64,000 nt of DNA from Eledone cirrhosa (taxonomy: Eukaryota): assembly GCA_964016885.1 (NCBI GenBank), contig OZ024755.1, positions 20,832,001 through 20,896,000 on the forward strand, in the 5' to 3' direction. This document shows positions 56,178 through 64,000 of this stretch, piece by piece (within the stretch, counting starts at the first letter, position 1; every line of letters starts with the position of its first letter). The notes under the pieces are model-generated. The model was not told the DNA's origin and did not search any database. It saw only the letters and a list, made by a program, of their open reading frames with translations. Both the position numbers and the translations under genes were made by a program.

Positions 56178-56240
56178 ACTTCATTTTATTGACCCACAAG
56201 AAGTATATTTTATACTTCTTGTGGGTCAATAAAATGAAGT
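56178..56240. repeat. Perfect 30-bp inverted repeat with 3-nt loop
   Basis: acttcattttattgacccacaagaagtata-ttt-tatacttcttgtgggtcaataaaatgaagt. Confidence 0.95.
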
Positions 56241-56469
56241 TAGCAACATTGACATTTTTTTAGACTAAAATTCAATTTGGATAAGCCTTGCATAACCATC
56301 ACTCTTAGACAGAGGCAGATTATGGCCTTTAGTGATATTAAGCCCTGTGAGCCCCCTTTTTATGGGCCTAGATGCAGCTACAATATTGCACCATGGTCCA
56401 TTGTAAATCTGGCACTAGGAAAAAAAAAACTCTATGCAGCCCGAAGCACATGCTTGCTTTTGCTTAATC

Positions 56470-56670
56470 GTTAAGCCAAGGCTGCTCTGAGAGTCGAAGT
56501 CTGTGAGGGATTGAAATGTCAACGTGGTAAACCCCTCGATTCCAGGAGTCTTCATGGATTGTCACATGAATTGAATGCATTTTGGTTTTCCCATTTCATC
56601 ATGTTGAACTTAATCATAAAACAGGACCTAGCCTTCAAGTCTGAACCCAGTCCGATTGTCTATTGGAAGA
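56470..56670 (+). mobile_element. Old fragment of the same RLE-type element family
   Basis: KCQRGKPLDSRSLHGLSHELN..LNLIIK aligns with CRCDKLLDSTGLHGLSCRLN..LNLILK. Confidence 0.65.
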
Positions 56671-56714
56671 GGCTCAATAGAATTATTATTTAACCAAAAA
56701 GTTGGTCTTATGGT

Positions 56715-56936
56715 AGCACTGCGCCTGCTTATTTTTATTAAATAAAAATACCAATACCCCATTAAGCCAAAAGTAAAGACAGCAATTATAGTTGGAAGGT
56801 GAGGGATGTAAGGGAGATAACTAAATTGGTCTAAAATATATGACCAATAATGCTCTGTTTTTGATTGGTTAAACAAGTATTCGAGATGGGCGTGCTTTCC
56901 GATTTATTTTTTACACAAAGAATATAGCAAGTAAGA
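56715..56936 (+). promoter_or_regulatory. Candidate sulfatase promoter and non-coding first exon
   Basis: CCAAT/ATTGG at 56825, 56844 and 56864; GGGCGTG at 56888; TGCGCCTGC near 56719; donor-like AA|GTAAGA at 56931. Confidence 0.4.
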
Positions 56937-57236
56937 ATTAATTTTGATTAATTAAAAAAATCTTGTTAATGTTTATATTTATGCATACACGAAATAATAT
57001 ATTGTTTCTAAAGTCTATACATTAGAAAGACCAAAATGTGTATATTTTGTGAAGATAGGTTGCCACAAAAATACGGAAGCTTCTTTACATTACGTTGCCA
57101 GCGAAAAGGAACTACCGAAATAGAAATACACTTTCTATTACATTTAACTTTTTTTTCTATTTTAAGTACAATTTTCATTTGTAGATGCTCTCGCTCGCTC
57201 TCTCTCTCTCTCTCTCTCACTCTCACGCGCGCGCGC

Positions 57237-57439
57237 ACATGAGGGCTGGTTGAAAAATTCATAGTTTGACCAAGATACTCTCGTGGAGTGACCAAATGAG
57301 TTTTATTTTTCAACATACTCCCTGAAAAGAAACAATGCAGTTATTAATAAGAAAAGTTGAAATTAATCCATGCAAGATTTCACAGCTCTAACATCACTCC
57401 TTCATAGTTGGCCTATGAACTTTTCAGCCCACCCTCGTA
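57237..57439. mobile_element. Mariner-type MITE
   Basis: gagggctggttgaaaaattcatag ... ctatgaacttttcagcccaccctcg-TA TIRs. Confidence 0.7.
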
Positions 57440-58209
57440 TATAGTAAGCTGAATCTCATGACAGATGGCAAAGAACTGAGAGGAGAGGTGATATGTGTTA
57501 TTGGAGAAGACTCACCACCAGCATAAAAAATGTGATCCTACTCCTCACTATTACTCCTTTAAAAAATACACCCACCATCACTGTGCTCCCTCCTCCAGTG
57601 TCCCTCTACCTAGGATCACCACATCCCTCTCCATTCTTCCCCATCCTCTCATCACTTTATCAAATTCCACTACACCTGTCTTACACCCATGACATATTTT
57701 CTCATCTCCACATTACCACCTGTTACCTTATTCCCACCTATAAACCCACCATACTCTTCAGTCTGGTCTATAACCAGAACCTCTCTACTGCTGGTGTCAT
57801 CATAAAATGTACACAACACTCTCTGAAAAGATGTATCAAAGAGAGATGTAGTGTTCCAGCCTGTCTGAGAGGTCAGTAGCTTTATTTGAATGCTAATGGT
57901 CTGTGGGTGATCTTTCCAGCCCTTGCTAGCAGTTATACACTCATGATCATCATCATCATCATCACTGTTAAACATCCAGTTTTCTGCACAAGCATGGGTT
58001 AGACTGTGTCTTGCTCATACAGAACTATTTCTGGCTTGGTTTCTCTGGCTGGATTCCCATCCTAATGCCAACCACATTTACAATGTGGACTGGGTGCTTT
58101 TTATCATGATGCTTACAAGACTACTTTATAGTGTGGACTGATATATATATATATATTATATATTATGGAATACTGTTGGCTTTTCGCTGCAATGTTTTCT
58201 ATACCTTTC

Positions 58210-58243
<34 letters not shown>

Positions 58244-58610
58244 GAAGAGGGGATATATATATATATGTGTGTGACAAAAATAGTTTATCTGGAAAGGTTA
58301 TCATATATCTCAACAGATCATGAACAAGTATCACTGTTGATATAAGCATTTTAGATATTATAGGGCTTTTAGATATTAAGATGTGTTAAAACTTGCTTTT
58401 ATAAAACCATCTAATCGATGTACCACACTAGATATATATACACCACACTTCTATATACACCATACTACACATATATACACCACACTACACTTCTATATAC
58501 ACCATACTATACATATACATACCACACTACACTTCTATGTACACTAGTATGTTCACACATACAGAGATAGACATAACTAACTGAAAATATTCTCTTCTTC
58601 CAGTTTTAAC

Positions 58611-58712
58611 ATGTCGTTGTATGCAGTGTATATTTGGATAATTATCCTGCTATTTCACTGTATCAGTGCAGCCAAAAGACCCAATATTATCTTTATTTTA
58701 GCAGATGATTTG
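58611..58712 (+). CDS. Sulfatase coding exon 1 ([34 protein letters not shown])
   Basis: Acceptor ttccag at 58603 precedes the ATG, implying an upstream non-coding exon; gtgag donor. Confidence 0.92.
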
Positions 58713-60227
58713 GTGAGTAAATTCTAAAATTTTTGTATTTATATTATTTGACATTTTATTTTATTTTCCTTCCAGATTTCTCAGATCATTCAGTCATATA
58801 TATGTTCTGAAATCTGCTAGAGCCCTTATTCCTGTGATACCTTTCAGTGTTTTCTGATTATTAAGTCCTATATCTGTCTTGAAGTCTGCTAGAGCCCCTA
58901 TACCTGTGATTCCTTCCAGTGTTCTTAGATTACGAAGTCCTATATCTGTCTTGAAGGCTGATAGAACCCCAAGAAATCTAACGTTTGAAATCTCTGTGAT
59001 TCCTTTAAGTGTTCTTAGATTACTAAGTCCTATATATGACCTGTAGGCTGCTAGCAGCCTATCCATGTCATTCCTTTCAGTGTTTTCAGCTCTTTCAGCC
59101 ATATATCTGTCCTGAAGCCTACTAGAGCCTTGAAAAAGCTATCTTTTGATATCCTTATGATACAAGTGGAAGGTTGGCTGCAAGCATAGCTGTGAGGTTA
59201 AGAAGTCCAGGAAGTCAGTAGACCCGCTTCAGTACAGACTGTCTATGAAGACCCATCCAATACTTGCTAGCAGGCAAAGTGGGCTTTAAATGATGATGAT
59301 ATGTACATACTGCAGGTGTGAGTTTGAACCCCACTGGTGATGCTGTCCACTTCTGCCTCTAGGGACTTGTATGCCCAATTTGTCAAACTACTTTTTAGTG
59401 TCATTGTAACAACATAGAATATAAGACAATCCTATAAGTCTGTTGTTGTTTTGCAGTATTTATATCATCAATATATGTCGTATGAAATATCATTGATGTA
59501 TGGAACTATAACAAGAGAAAGTCAGTGTTTGTCATTGACTCAAAATAGCTTCATTTGTCTCATTCTACTTTCAGGGTTGGGATGATGTAAGTTTTCATGG
59601 ATCAAATCAAATACCAACCAGAAACATAGATTCTTTGGCTTACAGTGGTATAATTCTGAATAATTATTATGTATCACCAATCTGTACTCCAACACGAAGT
59701 GCTCTGATGACTGGCAGACATCCAATTCATACAGGTGAACTTTTCAACTAGATCTCAGCAGTGTATTATTGGTTTCTTTTAACTAAGTACAAGGTGTATT
59801 ATTTATAGATGTGGAGGTAGATAATTGAATTAACTCCAGGAGTCCATGAAGCAAGTTTTTAATATACTATTAAATTGAATACTACAATGAAGACATAGCA
59901 CATTTCTCTTGTGTTATGTCTTCATTTTAGTATTGAATTTAATTATATATATATAGTCTAAAGTCTGTCTTAAGCCAGAAGACTCGTTAGATGGGTGCCT
60001 ATCCCAGTTATGGCATGAAGCAACTGAGAGTACAAGGATTCCCCCCTGGACAGGATGCCAGTCCATTGCAGGGTTCAACCCTCTACTATTGCTGGTACTC
60101 ATTTACAGCTGAGTATACTGGAGCAACGTGAAATAAAGTGTTTTGCTCAAGAACACAACATGCAACCCAGGAATTGAACCCGTGATGTTATGATCTGAAC
60201 TCCTTTAACACTAGATCATGCGCCTCC

Positions 60228-60261
<34 letters not shown>

Positions 60262-63121
60262 GAATGGCATATATAGAAATCTTACCAAACAAATGTTTGG
60301 GAGGAACCTCAATTGTGTCAAAGGCATGACAACCTCTGCTGCTGAGCACTCGATGGAATGTGAGGCCCTACATCAGCGAGATAACAATGATGATGATGAT
60401 GATGAATGATATATATATCCCTTACTTTAGCAAGAACAGAAGCGATCCAAAGCATGCAATGGAAATCCAGCATGTAGGATTTTTAACGAAAAAACAATTT
60501 AAACTAATAAGAAATGTTTTGAAGACCTAGAACGGAGAAAGCAAGCTTCGCTAACATCAAATTTTTGTATGCTATAAAGATCCTTTTTATATATACCAGG
60601 TGTGCTTTTCGAACCCTTTTCTTTTTATTATCATTTTCCTTATATTACGTGATCTATATAGAACGTTTTCTAATGGTCCCACTTTTTTCACTATATTCAT
60701 CACCGTTTTACGTCCATTCTTCCACGCTAGCATGGGTTGTTCTGTTGTGGGCAATGCCAGGTCAGGTGACCATCTCTTGCTCATACAGAACTGACTCTGG
60801 CTTGATTTCTACAGCTGGATGCCCTTCCTAACACCAACCTCATTTACAGTGAGTGCTGGGTTTGTGAAATTCCTATTTTCTCAAAAAATAATAATTGTTT
60901 CTACTTTAGGCCAGCAATTTGAAGTATAGAGGAAGGTCAATTAAATCGATCCAGTGCATTACTGGTACTTTATTTTATTGACCCCGTAAGGATGAAAGGC
61001 AAAGCTAACCATGGCAGTATTTGAACTCAGAACATAAAGGGCCGTAACTATGCTACGAACCATGTTTTCCGATTCTGCCAATCGACCACCACTTTTCTCC
61101 TAAAATAATGTCCTGTGGTGACTGAGCATTTTTTCAATTTCAGGTATGCAAACTGGTGTAATTGCTGGTTCTCAAAAATATGGTTTACCTTTAAATGAAA
61201 CATTAATACCTGAATACCTTAACAAACTTGGTTATATTTCTCATATTGTTGGAAAGGTAAGTTATTAGATAATACTTTTTCTATGCTTCCAAGAAAAATG
61301 TTTGATTATTTCACTGCTCATGTCTAAATAAATATAAATTTGAGTGACTTCCGTCCATCACATAATGTGTGTGTTTGCGTGAATGTATGTATGTGTAAAA
61401 GGAAGGAAGGGAATTGTGAAAAAACAATAGCGAAACAGTGGCTGGCGTTCCATTTGCTACACGGTGTGTTAGTGCATGTGTGTTTATGTAAATGTATGTC
61501 TGAAGAATATTTCAACTTATTCCTTTTTATAGTGGCATCTTGGTTTTATGTCTGAAGAATATACTCCAATAAAGCGTGGCTTCAAATCTCATCTTGGTTA
61601 CTGGTTGGGAGCAGAGAGTTATTACCTACATATGACTGGAGATTATGTAAGTATTCATCCTTTTATATTCTGTAATAATGTTGTTGCAACCAGTAGGTAG
61701 TATCAGCAATGGAAATATTGTTTCCTTGGTCTGATTTGACAAGTTCCACCCTATGTGAATGAAGTTTGGGATCTTGTTGATATTTATATGAGGTGGTATC
61801 AAAAAGTTTCCAGACTAGTTCTGTAGTGCACCAACAAATGGCAACACATGGTTGCACATGCAGTACAAGCTAGCAGTGACCTTCATGCACCAGTGTGTCG
61901 AGTGACATTGCTGTGTTCATTTCACAAGTTGTGAAATTTGTGCTTTTGTGATCACATGTTTGCTGTAGCCTGCGATCTTGTCATGAACAAAAAATTGGAA
62001 CAAAGAGCTGTGAAATTTTGCGTTCGACTTGGGAAGTCTTCTCCAGAGACATCCTGTACCATCCTGCATCATTAAAGTCTTTACTCGAATTTATTGCACA
62101 TTTTTACAATGACCTTCCACTAATAAAGATACTATACCATAAAATTTAATTAACAAACTCTTTTTTTTTAGCTATTTTCTGCTAAATAATTACAGGATGT
62201 CAAGAGCAAAAATGTAGAATATAACTTATTATATGATTTACTTCATAATTCCAGTCAGAATTACATCTTATCTTTCAGGATGGTCCTGGTTATGACTTTC
62301 ATAGAAATTTGGATGTGGATAAAGAGGCTCTTGGCCATTATTCAACGGAAATCTTCACTAGAGAAGCTGAAAATATAATTAAAACCCATAACCAATCAAA
62401 TGTAAGAGGTTTTCTTTTATATATCTATTCATATACATCAACAGTTGAGTGACAAGACCTCAGACCTCATTCGCTTAACAAATGTAATGCAACTGTCATT
62501 AATCCTACTCTTGGGTTCCAAATAATAGGGGAGGGGGGTAAGCAGATGGGGAGAATCAGTAATTTTTCTAAGTTGTCCCAGTTGATTTTTTTTAAAAACA
62601 GAACTAGTTGTTTACTTTACATATTGAGACCCCAACCCATCCTAGGGGAAGGGGTGCGATTATTCAAGATCCAAGAGTATTTAACAGTTCTGCTTTCTAC
62701 CCAATACCTTTTTATTATTTTTACTGTTTTACATTCATATTAACTTGCTGCCATTTCTAATGCAAGAGTTTTGGTAATAGTTTGACTTCTTTTATATTAC
62801 TATCAGTTTTCTATAGAATTATCACCACTTTTATCCCCTTAGCCACTGTTTCTCTACCTCCCATACCAAGCTGTTCACAGTGCAGGCAGCAAACCTTATT
62901 TACAAGCACCTAAAAAATATACAAAAAGATTTCCACATATCTTGAATGAACAGCGAAAGCTTTATGCTGGTAAGTTTGATTGAAATTATAGCATGAATTT
63001 ACTTGAATTTTTATTTGGATTTATGAACTAAATGGATAAAAATTGAATATTAAAGGTCAATATCGACCTTAAATCTTTAATTTTTAGAGGAATACCTTTC
63101 CCAAGTCTTCATAATTATTAT

Positions 63122-63184
<63 letters not shown>

Positions 63185-63667
63185 TTGGGGGAAGGGTCAT
63201 GACATCCTGGCCCTCTCCTGTAATATATACACACCTTCTTTTATAAGTGATATACTCTTTTTTTACATAATATACACACACTATACACTTACTTTTTTTA
63301 TATATAATATACACATGCTATTTGATATCTATTTTTCTCTAAGTACAAACATTTCTTTGTTTTGATTATCATTGAATAACAATCTGAGGTGAGGGGGTGC
63401 ATTTGTAGCAGGGGGTCCGTGGGGAAAATTCATTTAAATAAAAACGGTTCCTAGGAGGGAAAAGGTTGTGAAACACTGATATACATTAATATTTCTACCA
63501 TTTATATTTATAGGAATGTTGTCAGCTTTAGATGATGGAATTGGTAAAGTGGTTGATGCATTGAAGAGATCTGGTATGTATGACAATTCCATCATCGTAT
63601 TCTCTACAGACAATGGTGGACCAGCAAATGGTTTTAATGAGAATGCAGCATCTAACTGGCCTTTACG
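58611..63667 (+). CDS. Arylsulfatase B/I/J-like sulfatase, 7 coding exons in window, continues beyond the right edge
   Basis: Signal peptide, [27 protein letters not shown] (formylglycine signature), [38 protein letters not shown]; all introns GT-AG and in phase. Confidence 0.95.
58795..59130. repeat. 72-bp (one 90-bp) degenerate tandem repeat
   Basis: agtcctatat recurs at 58864, 58936 and 59026. Confidence 0.8.
59575..59734 (+). CDS. Sulfatase coding exon 2 ([10 protein letters not shown]...[18 protein letters not shown])
   Basis: ttcag/gtgaa, 160 nt, CxPxR motif. Confidence 0.95.
59955..60230 (-). mobile_element. tRNA-head SINE with CORE-, Nin- and V-like domains
   Basis: ttcttgagcaaaacactt...cagctgtaaatgagtaccag...accctgcaatggactggcatcctgtccagggg; copies at 14290-14650(+) and 63810-64000(-). 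Confidence 0.75.
61144..61256 (+). CDS. Sulfatase coding exon 3 ([37 protein letters not shown])
   Basis: ttcag/gtaag, 113 nt. Confidence 0.95.
61533..61646 (+). CDS. Sulfatase coding exon 4 ([38 protein letters not shown])
   Basis: tatag/gtaag, 114 nt. Confidence 0.95.
61787..62050 (+). mobile_element. Mariner transposon 5' fragment
   Basis: TA-tgaggtggtatcaaaaagtttcc TIR; ATG at 61983 encodes [23 protein letters not shown], a mariner N-terminus. Confidence 0.75.
62279..62401 (+). CDS. Sulfatase coding exon 5 ([10 protein letters not shown]...[23 protein letters not shown])
   Basis: ttcag/gtaag, 123 nt. Confidence 0.95.
62843..62969 (+). CDS. Sulfatase coding exon 6 ([14 protein letters not shown]...QRKLYAG)
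   Basis: cttag/gtaag, 127 nt. Confidence 0.95.
63514..63667 (+). CDS. Sulfatase coding exon 7 ([10 protein letters not shown]...FSTDNGG...SNWPLR)
   Basis: tatag/gtatg, 154 nt; overlaps ORF 63516..63902. Confidence 0.95.
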
Positions 63668-64000
63668 GTATGTATATAGAAATAATATCACAGCTCTGAT
63701 ACGATGGGGATGTGGTTACAATGTCTCAAGAAAGAATCATTGGACAGATTTTATGGTCCATCAAATAAATTTATATTTGGTGGTTCATAAAATAAATTTA
63801 TATTTTAAAAGTCTGTCTCAAGCCAGAAGGGTCGTAAAACCGGTGCTTATCCCAGTTTCAAGACTTCCCTCTGTACAGGATGCCAGTCCATTGCAGGGTT
63901 AAATACCCAGCTATTGCTAGTTCTCATTTTCAGCTGAGTATACTGAAGCAACGTGAAATGAAATGTTTTGCTCAAAAACACATGCATTCCAGCCCAATAA

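Overview
This is AT-rich, repeat-dense eukaryotic (animal) DNA. The SINE families and (TA)n/(CAT)n load suggest an octopod cephalopod, though that is an inference. Two divergently transcribed, intron-rich genes can be reconstructed by hand from GT-AG boundaries with consistent reading phase. (1) PDIA5/PDIR lies on the minus strand: 21 coding exons from ATG at 43459 down to 884, running off the left edge. It has a signal peptide, CGFC/CGHC/CGHC thioredoxin domains, an extra cysteine-less fourth a-type domain and a 13-nt microexon. (2) An ARSB/ARSI/ARSJ-like arylsulfatase lies on the plus strand: 7 coding exons at 58611-63667 with the CTPTR formylglycine motif, running off the right edge. The rest is tRNA-derived SINEs, RTE-group and RLE-type (CRE-like) LINE fragments, piggyBac/mariner/pogo MITEs, mini- and microsatellites. 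Almost all ORFs in the supplied track are repeat artefacts. The most unusual signal is a set of short inserts, several embedded in (TA)n, that carry minimal hammerhead-ribozyme-like motifs and fold-back duplications, resembling Penelope-like/retrozyme remnants. Other notable signals are near-identical inverted SINE pairs in PDIA5 intron 1 and a UPR-type motif cluster at the PDIA5 promoter.
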